Source of the DNA: Elusimicrobiota bacterium
Lineage (GTDB): Bacteria > RUG730 > JBDRED01
Assembly (NCBI GenBank): GCA_043820025.1
Contig: JBDRED010000028.1
Span: 12,274-76,273, forward strand
Reading direction: 5' to 3'
Length of the DNA: 64,000 nt
Under the pieces are notes generated by a model. The model did no database searches and was not told where the DNA came from. It saw only the letters and a list, made by a program, of their open reading frames with translations. Position 1 is the first letter of the stretch, and every line of letters begins with the position of its first letter. A program made the position numbers and the translations under genes. This document shows, one piece after another, positions 1 through 7,959 of the stretch.

Positions 1-1991
1 TTTTCTGCGTAAGCGTGCGCCTGTTTAAACATATCTCCTTCCTTTTCAATAACAGCTAGAATTCTACTCATATTATCCACACCCTTTTTAATTGTGCTGT
101 AAAATTTTGCTAATGCCTCTACATCCTCTCTTAATCCGTCTCCATCAGCCTGTAATTCTGTTATAAGCTTAAGAGCGTCTGATTTTTCCTTCAACTCCTT
201 CACAATAGCCGGCAGAATCATTGTCTTTGCAATATCAATTGCCGTTTTATACTCTATCTCCTTTAGCTTATTATACGCTTCAAGTTTTATTTCAATCTTT
301 GAATGCACCTCTCTCTCAGTCAATATGCCGTAATCTTCAAAAAGTTTTATTGAATCCTTTTCTAACATTAATTCAAGAGCTTGAGGCGTGTTCTTTTTAT
401 TTGGAAGCCCGCGTTTCTCAGCTTCCTTATGCCATGCTGTATCATAATTGTTACCTTCAAACCTCACGCTTTTTGTTTCCTTAATCACTTCCTTTAATAT
501 CTCCAGCGCTGCTGTCTTATTATCTCTTGATTTCATCTTTGATATTCTTTTTCTTATTTCATCATAACCATAGGCTACCATAAGATTTACGATTACAGCA
601 GGTTCAGCGCAGTTCTGGCTTGAACCTACTGCTCTAAACTCAAATTTATTGCCTGTAAACGCTACAGGCGATGTTCTATTTCTATCTGAATAATCCTTTG
701 CAACTTTTGGAAGGTTTTGAATACCAACTGAAATCTCAGCTACCTTTTTTTCCGTCATTTTTGCTGTTCCTTCAATCTGATTCATAATTTCGTCTAAATA
801 TTCGCCTAAATACACTGACATAATTGCAGGAGGAGCCTCATTTGCGCCAAGCCTGTGATCATTACCTGCGTCTGCCACGCTCGCTCTTAAAATGCCGCCA
901 AATTTTTTAACTCCCAAAAGCACTGCTCCTATTGTCATAAGAAAACTAATGTTTTTAAGTGGCGATTTTGATGGTTCCAAATAATTAGCGCCTGTATTAT
1001 CTCCTAATGACCAGTTAAAATGTTTCCCTGAACCATTAACGCCCGCTAAAGGCTTTTCATGCAGAACAGCGACTAACCCATGGCTGTCAGCAACCTCTTT
1101 AATAATATTCATTAACTGAAGATTATTATCAATCGCTAAGTTTGCCTCTTGATACAGCGGCGCAACCTCAAACTGGTTTGGAGAAACTTCATTATGCCTG
1201 GTCTTTGAGGGAATTCCTCTTCTATACAATTCCATATCAAGGTCTTCCATAAACTTTAACACCTTATCTTTTATAGCGCCAAAATAATGATCTTCCATCT
1301 GCTGTCCTTTTGCAGGCGCTGCGCCAAAAAGTGTTCTGCCGCATATAGCAAGGTCAGGCCTTGATTCAAATAATTTTTTTGAGAATAGAAAATATTCCTG
1401 TTCAGGCCCTGCAAATACCTTTATTCTCTTTGCAGTCCTATTCCCAAGAACTCTCTGTAACGCAATCGCAGAATCGCTTAACGCTTTTTTTGAGCGCAGG
1501 AATGGCGTCTTAAGATCTAGCACATTCCCTGTCCATGATAAAAACACAGACGGTATAACCAGTGTCTTTGTGCCTTCAGCCTCTATAAGAAACGCAGGCG
1601 ATGTAGGATCCCACGCTGTATATCCGCGCGCTTCAAAGGTCGTTCTCATTCCGCCTGATGGGAATGACGACGCGTCAGGCTCAGACTGAATAAGCTGAGA
1701 AGCTGAAAATCTCTCAATGATATTCCCATTTTCGTCATAGCTGATAAACGAATCGTGTTTTTCTGCTGTGCCTCCTCTTTGCGGCTGAAACCAATGTGTA
1801 AAGTGCGTAGCTCCGTTTCCAATAGCCCATTCTTTCATCGCGTGCGCCACGTCATCCGCAATAGATTGATCCAGAGGATCGCCATAATCAATTGTCGCGA
1901 GAAGCTTTGTATAAACTTCTTTGCTTAACTTCTTACGCATTACATCTTTATTAAATGTTAATTCTCCATAAATTTCTGTAACTCTTCCCAT
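1..1991 (-). CDS. glnN: glutamine synthetase type III, N-terminal ~663 aa; C-terminus runs off the window edge
   Basis: Absent from the ORF track because it has no stop in the window. My reverse translation from ATG 1991 (alternative ATG 1997; GGAG at 1999-2002) reads MGRVTEIYGELTFNKDVM..THFTHWFQPQRGGTAEKHDSF..SEPDASSFPSGGMRTTFEARGYTAWDP..RHNEVSPNQFEVAP..HEKPLAGVNGSGKHFNWS..NDHRLGANEAPPAIMSVYLG..DRNRTSPVAFTGNKFEFRAVGSSQN. These are GSIII hallmark blocks. Confidence 0.9.
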   Translation of the reverse strand, partial: MGRVTEIYGELTFNKDVMRKKLSKEVYTKLLATIDYGDPLDQSIADDVAHAMKEWAIGNGATHFTHWFQPQRGGTAEKHDSFISYDENGNIIERFSASQLIQSEPDASSFPSGGMRTTFEARGYTAWDPTSPAFLIEAEGTKTLVIPSVFLSWTGNVLDLKTPFLRSKKALSDSAIALQRVLGNRTAKRIKVFAGPEQEYFLFSKKLFESRPDLAICGRTLFGAAPAKGQQMEDHYFGAIKDKVLKFMEDLDMELYRRGIPSKTRHNEVSPNQFEVAPLYQEANLAIDNNLQLMNIIKEVADSHGLVAVLHEKPLAGVNGSGKHFNWSLGDNTGANYLEPSKSPLKNISFLMTIGAVLLGVKKFGGILRASVADAGNDHRLGANEAPPAIMSVYLGEYLDEIMNQIEGTAKMTEKKVAEISVGIQNLPKVAKDYSDRNRTSPVAFTGNKFEFRAVGSSQNCAEPAVIVNLMVAYGYDEIRKRISKMKSRDNKTAALEILKEVIKETKSVRFEGNNYDTAWHKEAEKRGLPNKKNTPQALELMLEKDSIKLFEDYGILTEREVHSKIEIKLEAYNKLKEIEYKTAIDIAKTMILPAIVKELKEKSDALKLITELQADGDGLREDVEALAKFYSTIKKGVDNMSRILAVIEKEGDMFKQAHAYAE

Positions 1992-2119
1992 CTTCATACT
2001 CCTTTTGGACATCTATATGTGTCCTTAAAAAATTGTTAATTTTATTAAACATCATTGGGAAAGTCGTCTTTGACATAAGCTAACGGTATGTTTACTCCAA
2101 TGGAAACATATTTAAATAT

Positions 2120-2148
2120 TTTTTACAATAAACATATCCCATTGTCAA
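2120..2148 (-). promoter_or_regulatory. putative sigma70-type promoter of glnN (TTGACA-17 nt-TAAAAA)
   Basis: The reverse strand reads ccTTGACAatgggatatgtttattgTAAAAAat. It is followed by a leader of ~120 nt with small hairpins (GGACAcatatagaTGTCC just before the SD). Confidence 0.4.
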
Positions 2149-2284
2149 GGTATTTTTAGGAAATTTAATACATTTTACGTATTTAACCTATACTATTTGC
2201 TGTTTTTCTGTATTTTAAAGGCTAATTATTGTTATTTTGCGTTATTTTTATTGTTTTAGCTAATCATAACACTTTGATACAAGA

Positions 2285-3499
2285 TCAATCATTGCCTTTA
2301 GACTTTTTAATGGCCTTTTTAACAGAACCTTTACTTTTAATCAATTCATTATACAAGTCAATATGACTTTTGGCCATAATTTCCTTTGTATAATGCGTGC
2401 GGACCGTTTGACGCGCAGTTCTGCCAATACGTTCTTTATTACCGTCTTCCGCTAACAATCTTATTATATTTAAGGCAAGCGCTTCGTAATCCTTTAACTT
2501 TATAACATAACCATCAATATCATTTCGTATTATTTCAGGCATGCCGCCTACATTTGTTACGATCATAGGCTTTGAAGAGGCCATGGCCTCAAGCATAGTA
2601 AGGCCAAATGGTTCCTGACTGCTGGATGGATAGATACAAACTTCAGCCGCATTATATAATTCCGGCATTTCTTCTAAAGCATAACTATTAATATACACAT
2701 GCTCTTTAAGTTTAAAAATATTTACAAGGTCTACCATATACGCTATATCCCGTTCTTGCGATGACCCCCAATCAATAATATTTTTACTGCCGGCAAGAAC
2801 AAGCAATGCTTCGGGAATACGTTCCCGCACCAGATTCATAGCCTTTATAGCTACGTCGCATCCTTTTGCAAGCCCCATGCGCGCCGGATGAAATATCACT
2901 CTTCTGTTTTTTAGCTCCGGATATTTTTTTAGCACCCTGTCTACAGGCAATCCCGGCTTATAAACATCTACATCTACTCCATGGTGAATTGTAGTTATAT
3001 TATACTCAGGGTAACCAATACCCATAATCTCCTTTTTAATGTAATGACTCACTGCGATTATGTGATCCCAGCCTGTATCTCTGGTTAAACTCAAAAACTG
3101 AATATCATCCCAAACATTATGCGCTGTTAAAATCAATGGAATACCCATCTTATTCGCATATTTTTTTAGAAGGCGCGAGTGCACACGGCTAAAATAATGC
3201 ATATTATGCGCATGAATAATATCCGGCTTTGCAGAATCAAAAAATGCGTCATATAGAGTAGTCAGAGGTTCCTCCAATGACTCTAAACCTCTTTTTGCAA
3301 GCCAGTTAAGATCAAAGAGAGGGCTCCTATGAATATCTGCGCCTTTGAATCTATCCCTGACTTTCTTTTTTTCAAATGAACCGGTTAATAAACTAACATT
3401 ATTACCGTTCTTTACCAATTCCGGAAGAATAATTGTCAGGTGTGTTTCCACTCCTCCAATTACCGGCGGAAATCCCCAATGCAAATGCGCAATATTCAT
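2285..3499 (-). CDS. GT4-family (group 1) glycosyltransferase
   Basis: 404 aa. N-terminal HWGFPPVIGGVETHL nucleotide-sugar GT-B motif and C-terminal EPFGLTMLEAMASSKP (E-x7-E region). It is the last gene of the GH65/pgmB operon. Confidence 0.8.
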   Translation of the reverse strand: MNIAHLHWGFPPVIGGVETHLTIILPELVKNGNNVSLLTGSFEKKKVRDRFKGADIHRSPLFDLNWLAKRGLESLEEPLTTLYDAFFDSAKPDIIHAHNMHYFSRVHSRLLKKYANKMGIPLILTAHNVWDDIQFLSLTRDTGWDHIIAVSHYIKKEIMGIGYPEYNITTIHHGVDVDVYKPGLPVDRVLKKYPELKNRRVIFHPARMGLAKGCDVAIKAMNLVRERIPEALLVLAGSKNIIDWGSSQERDIAYMVDLVNIFKLKEHVYINSYALEEMPELYNAAEVCIYPSSSQEPFGLTMLEAMASSKPMIVTNVGGMPEIIRNDIDGYVIKLKDYEALALNIIRLLAEDGNKERIGRTARQTVRTHYTKEIMAKSHIDLYNELIKSKGSVKKAIKKSKGND

Positions 3500-3558
3500 C
3501 TAATTCTCCTCCTATATTCGTTCGCATAACGCGCGCCTCGAATAACTGAATATTCTGA

Positions 3559-5874
3559 TTATTTATTTTTATTATTTAAAGATACTAATACTGTTTCATT
3601 AACCGGAACTTTGTGTTCTTTGTCAAAGACCTTGATTCGAATTTGTTTTGTCCTGTATGCAGATACCGCGTAAAACTGTATTGTTTTATCCGTTATGGTA
3701 AATCTTATTTTATATCCGCGCCATATTACCTGAAATGACATTCCCGGCAGAAACTTTGGTAATCGAGGATTGCATATTATACTATCTCCAACAAAACGCA
3801 GGCCTGCAAAGCCATGCACAAATATCTGCCATGCGCCGCCCAATGAAGCCGCGTGTATGCCGTGATCTGTATTATTATAAATATTTTTTAAATCGGCTAA
3901 AAGTGATACATGAAAGTACATTTCAGTATCATCATGCTCGCTAATTTCATTAGAAATAATGGAATGCACACATACGCTTAATGACGATCTATGCAGTGTC
4001 CGCCTTTCATAAAACAAATAATTTTTACGCGTTTCTGAATAAGTAAACTCCTCGGGAAATAGATACAAGAGCATTAACACGTCAGACTGCTTCACAAATT
4101 GCGTCTTTTGCAAATGTTCTGATTGAGTTTTTATAGAATCGCCGGGCATAGAATATTCTCCCTGTCTCGGAGGAGAAGGACATTTTTCCAAATCAAAAAA
4201 ACCTTCAAACTGTTCTATAATCCCGGTCTTAGAAACAGGAAAGTATATTTGCTCTCCAATTTTTTCCCAAGCGCTTACCTCATTATCCGTTAAAATGAGC
4301 TTCTTTTTTAAATTATCAACGGTTCTTTTATATCTAGCGCTGAATTCTTTATACAATTGCGCAGCCTTTTTTAAATTCCATCCGGCCATATAATTAGTAA
4401 ACGCGTTATTATTAACGTTTTCATGAAATTCATCAGGCCCTATGACATTTTTTATTTCATAATATTTTTTCTTTTTATTATACTCAACCCTGCTCGCCCA
4501 GAACCTGGCAGTTTCACAAAGCAGTTCAAACCCGTGTTCAAGCATAAAGATATCATCGCGCGTTGCGTCATAATAGAGAACAACAGCATAAGAAATATCA
4601 GCTGTGATATGATGTTCGAGCTTGCCGGTCTCAACCTTGCCAATAGAGCCATCGCGTTTTTTATACCAGGCAGGCGTTGCCTCTTCGCCTGTATCAGCGG
4701 ATTCCCAAGGGAACATAGCGCCTTTATAAGAATTTAATTTAGCGTTTGCGCGCGCTGAATTGAGGCGGTTAATTCTGTACATCAAGAAATTTTTTGCTAA
4801 CTCCGGATCTGTATATACAAAAAACGGCAGAATGAATATTTCAGTATCCCAAAAAACATGCCCTCTATATCCTTCTCCTGATAATGTCTTTGCTCCTATA
4901 CTCACATCCTTTGTGTGTTTGTCGGAAGCTATCAATAAATGATAAAGGTTAAATCTAAGCGCGCGCAAAATATCAACCCTGTTTTTTATATCAATATCAG
5001 CCATTTCCCATCTATATAACCACGCCTTCCTATGTTCATCTATAAGCCCGCGAAAACTCTTAGGCACCGCTTTATTTAATATATTGATTGTTTTCTTTTT
5101 AATTGTAGCCGGAGTCGCCTCCAGGGATGTGCAGAAAGAAAAGAATTTTGTAAGATGTAATGTCTGTCCTTTTTTGATTTTTAAATTATATGTAGCCCGT
5201 CTTGGAGCAAAATATCCGCGCTTTCCCTTTTTAATCTTTAACTGGCTCGCGAAAGCAATATATGTTTCCTTTTCAAGCGTCTTAACGCATAGATAATCAA
5301 TCTTCCCCTTTTTTGCCACATCAGTTATGTGGAAATGTTTTTTATCTCCTTCGGTTATTAAGCCTTTATTTGTTACTGATGTATCAACAGAGCTTTCTAT
5401 TGAAAAAACCGCATCTTCGTCAATAGGAGTGACAGACACGCGCATAACAGCAATATTTTTATTATGCATACTGAAAAAGCGCTGGGATTTATAATCAAAC
5501 CTTTTTTTTCTGCTGCTTGAATAAACTGTATGGCGGTTTAATGTTCCTGCCCTCATATCAAGAAATCTTTTATGTTCAAGAACATCCATAGTTCCAACGC
5601 CAAGACGTTCTCCTCTTACCATAATATTGAAATCTATTGGATTTGGAGCATTAATTAATTCTGTCACCTGCGCGCCTGTAGACTCGAAAAGGCCTGCAAA
5701 GAATGTGCCCGGGTCTGACCCTTGAGGCAATTCTTCTAATATTCCTCTACTGCATATATATCCATTACCAAGAGTAAATTGTGATTCCCGCGCCCCCTGC
5801 AATAAAGGGTCCCATCCATTTTCAATAATTATCCATGAATAGTCCGATATATACGGATCAAATTTTTGAGACAT
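3559..5874 (-). CDS. GH65 disaccharide phosphorylase (kojibiose/trehalose/maltose phosphorylase family)
   Basis: 771 aa. Contains ESQFTLGNGY, RGHVFWDTEIF and IGPDEFHENVNNNAFTNYMA (catalytic Glu context). The size is typical of GH65. Confidence 0.88.
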   Translation of the reverse strand: MSQKFDPYISDYSWIIIENGWDPLLQGARESQFTLGNGYICSRGILEELPQGSDPGTFFAGLFESTGAQVTELINAPNPIDFNIMVRGERLGVGTMDVLEHKRFLDMRAGTLNRHTVYSSSRKKRFDYKSQRFFSMHNKNIAVMRVSVTPIDEDAVFSIESSVDTSVTNKGLITEGDKKHFHITDVAKKGKIDYLCVKTLEKETYIAFASQLKIKKGKRGYFAPRRATYNLKIKKGQTLHLTKFFSFCTSLEATPATIKKKTINILNKAVPKSFRGLIDEHRKAWLYRWEMADIDIKNRVDILRALRFNLYHLLIASDKHTKDVSIGAKTLSGEGYRGHVFWDTEIFILPFFVYTDPELAKNFLMYRINRLNSARANAKLNSYKGAMFPWESADTGEEATPAWYKKRDGSIGKVETGKLEHHITADISYAVVLYYDATRDDIFMLEHGFELLCETARFWASRVEYNKKKKYYEIKNVIGPDEFHENVNNNAFTNYMAGWNLKKAAQLYKEFSARYKRTVDNLKKKLILTDNEVSAWEKIGEQIYFPVSKTGIIEQFEGFFDLEKCPSPPRQGEYSMPGDSIKTQSEHLQKTQFVKQSDVLMLLYLFPEEFTYSETRKNYLFYERRTLHRSSLSVCVHSIISNEISEHDDTEMYFHVSLLADLKNIYNNTDHGIHAASLGGAWQIFVHGFAGLRFVGDSIICNPRLPKFLPGMSFQVIWRGYKIRFTITDKTIQFYAVSAYRTKQIRIKVFDKEHKVPVNETVLVSLNNKNK

Positions 5875-5875
5875 T

Positions 5876-6526
5876 TTACCCCATTAAAGATTTAATTTTT
5901 GTTAATGTTATTTCAGACAGGTCATTAACTATTATATCTGCTTTTTTTAACCTCTCCGGGTCGTTGTGCCTATCAATACCCACACAACGCATACCGGCAT
6001 TTTTTGCTGATTCGACTCCTAATACCGCATCCTCAAAAACCATACAATCACAAGGCAGAACATTTAGTTTTTCCGCTGCCATCAGAAATATCTGAGGATC
6101 GGGTTTTCCTTTAATAATATCATTCCCTGTTATTTTAACATCAAACACACTCAAAAGATGCACACGCTCTAAAATTTGATAACAATTTTTGCTTGATGAA
6201 ATTATTGCTGTTTTAATATTTTCTTTTCGGAGATCTTTTATCAGCGAGAATGTAGATTTGAATACCGGAATATCTTCTTTTTCAATATTCTCTAAAAAAT
6301 ATTCTTGTTTTTTATTTGAAGCGGATATCACCTTAGATTCTGCCATATCGGTAAATATCGCGCGCGCGCCGTCTATTCTGGGAATGCCGTCAACCTTTTG
6401 TTTATAATCTTCAAAGGTAAATGGGACATTATAATCAGCAAACATCCTCTGCCATGCCTTAAAATGTAACGGAACAGTGTCAACAACCACACCATCCAAA
6501 TCAAAGATTGCTGCCTTCAAAGACAT
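5876..6526 (-). CDS. pgmB: beta-phosphoglucomutase (HAD superfamily)
   Basis: Start corrected to ATG 6526 (GGAGGG SD 5 nt upstream). Sequence runs MSLKAAIFDLDGVVVDT (DxD nucleophile motif)..GKPDPQIF..FEDAVLGVESAKNAGM. The stop lies 1 nt from the GH65 start. Confidence 0.85.
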   Translation of the reverse strand: MSLKAAIFDLDGVVVDTVPLHFKAWQRMFADYNVPFTFEDYKQKVDGIPRIDGARAIFTDMAESKVISASNKKQEYFLENIEKEDIPVFKSTFSLIKDLRKENIKTAIISSSKNCYQILERVHLLSVFDVKITGNDIIKGKPDPQIFLMAAEKLNVLPCDCMVFEDAVLGVESAKNAGMRCVGIDRHNDPERLKKADIIVNDLSEITLTKIKSLMG

Positions 6527-6602
6527 ATACCCTCCAAAATAAACGACACAATAGAAAAACAAATTGAAATTTATTTTAGGCAGTTTAGGGTCATGCCCGG
6601 GA

Positions 6603-6662
6603 CTAAATACAACAGCCTTCTTTGCAATGCGCTACTGCTCTCAGCATCCATTTTTTCTTCAT
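6603..6662 (-). CDS. candidate 19-aa small ORF MKKKWMLRAVAHCKEGCCI
   Basis: A strong AGGAGGT SD sits 5 nt upstream of the ATG. The Cys-rich tail ends with its stop inside a GGGCATGACCC hairpin. It is below the ORF-track length cutoff and I recognise no homology. Confidence 0.25.
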   Translation of the reverse strand: MKKKWMLRAVAHCKEGCCI

Positions 6663-6764
6663 TTTTTACCTCCTGCGAATAATATCCAAAATAATTGTAA
6701 ATAATATACTAAATACAAAATCAGATTTGTAATTTTTTAGATTATTAGGAGATCCCTATTTATA

Positions 6765-7037
6765 TTAACTCTTGCTGATAAGCATCATTCCGCCAATTAA
6801 CATAAAAATAATACCGCCAATAATTTTAATTACCTTTGGGTCAACATATTTTGATAGGAGCGAACCGGCAATAACAGATAAAGCGGTAATAACCATATAC
6901 GCGCTCACAGACCCCAGCCATACTAAAACCGGCCTGCCTGTTTTTGCCGTTAAAGTAATACCCACTAATTGTGTTTTATCAGCAAGCTCAGCTGCAAATA
7001 TAGCCGCGAATGTTGTTAATAATATTTTCCACTGCAT
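6765..7037 (-). CDS. UPF0016/GDT1 (TMEM165) family half-size cation (Mn2+/Ca2+) transporter
   Basis: 90 aa with 3 TM segments and the signature AELADKTQ (E-x-G-D-K-T like motif). Confidence 0.7.
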   Translation of the reverse strand: MQWKILLTTFAAIFAAELADKTQLVGITLTAKTGRPVLVWLGSVSAYMVITALSVIAGSLLSKYVDPKVIKIIGGIIFMLIGGMMLISKS

Positions 7038-7039
7038 AA

Positions 7040-7732
7040 TTATTCTTTGAACATATATCCTACCGTGGGCACGGTATCAATACGTTTTCCTTCTTTGCCG
7101 AGTTTTTTTCTTAGATTTGCCACATGGCGGTCAATCGTCTGGCTGGTTTTATAATACTGCTGTTCCCATACACTTTCAGAAAGATACATCCTGGTCAATA
7201 CCTTATTTTTCTTTTTCAAAAATAAGTAAAGCAATGAAAATTCTTTTGGAGTTAATGTAATCTCCTTATTTGAAACAAAAGCTACTCTGGTTTCCATATT
7301 AATTGTAATCTCTCCGGACTGAAGCTCTATATCATCCTTTTGTATATGGCTATATCTTTGTATTATAGCTTCTATGCGCGCATTGAATGTAGCGGGGAAT
7401 ACGGGCTTTATTAAATAATCCTCAACACCCATCGTAAACGCCTTAACCTCATCCTCATAATTATAATCATCCTTTGACGAGAGAATAACAACAGGAATTG
7501 ATTGAGTAGGAATATTTTTTTTCAATATACCAAGCAGATCAACTGCGTTAAAATCAGTCAGCACCCTGTCAGCTATTACAATATTTGGATTATCTTTCCA
7601 GGCCATATCTATGCCCTGTTCGCCTTTTGATGTTATTAGAAAGGTTACTTCGTCCTTAACATTATACAATATTTCTTGAAGCGATTTTACGGTATTTGAA
7701 TCTGAAGAAATTATAAGAATTTTCTTTTTCAT
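7040..7732 (-). CDS. OmpR/PhoB-type response regulator (receiver + winged helix), orphan
   Basis: Start corrected to MKKKILIISSDSN (ATG 7732). Receiver residues IVIADRVL (Asp), VVILSS, LIKP. C-terminal LTPKEFSLLYLFLKK..VDRHVANLRKKL..TVPTVGYMF. No kinase gene is adjacent. Confidence 0.85.
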   Translation of the reverse strand: MKKKILIISSDSNTVKSLQEILYNVKDEVTFLITSKGEQGIDMAWKDNPNIVIADRVLTDFNAVDLLGILKKNIPTQSIPVVILSSKDDYNYEDEVKAFTMGVEDYLIKPVFPATFNARIEAIIQRYSHIQKDDIELQSGEITINMETRVAFVSNKEITLTPKEFSLLYLFLKKKNKVLTRMYLSESVWEQQYYKTSQTIDRHVANLRKKLGKEGKRIDTVPTVGYMFKE

Positions 7733-7787
7733 GAATAAATTATATATAAATTTGCCTTTAAAAACAATAAAATAATACAAAGGCAGT

Positions 7788-7954
7788 GGGATTAGTCAAC
7801 ACATGTGACACCCCAGGTAAACATAGCCGCTGAGTAGAATGAATTTAGAGTTGCCCATAAATGGGTTTTTGTTTGGATGTTAATTTACCATGGATTTCTG
7901 ATTTGCAGGAATGACAAAGAGAAAGCAGGGTGTCACATGTATTGCAGCATTCCC
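7788..7954. mobile_element. MITE-like non-coding element, small member (167 bp)
   Basis: Terminal inverted repeats GGGATTAGTCAACACATGTGACACCCC (7788-7814) and GGGTGTCACATGTATTGCAGCATTCCC (7928-7954). The termini and the internal TAGAATGAATTTA block match the 516-bp element at 32931-33446. Confidence 0.6.
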
Positions 7955-7959
7955 AAAAA

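Noticed and set aside
221-484. 87-aa plus-strand ORF at the window start
   Set aside because: It lies antisense inside the glutamine synthetase III reading frame, which translates continuously from 1991 to 1 with conserved GSIII blocks.
1992-2119. Structured glnN leader (hairpins CATTGG..CCAATG, ACATA..TATGT, GGACA..TGTCC) as a possible glutamine or nitrogen riboswitch
   Set aside because: The stems are short and AT-rich, I recognise no match to known glnA or glutamine-II motifs, and this is a single example. The evidence is insufficient.
7038-7039. yybP-ykoY Mn2+ riboswitch upstream of the UPF0016 transporter
   Set aside because: The transporter start is only 2 nt from the response-regulator stop, so there is no leader to hold a riboswitch. 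The 6563-6764 gap is downstream of the transporter.
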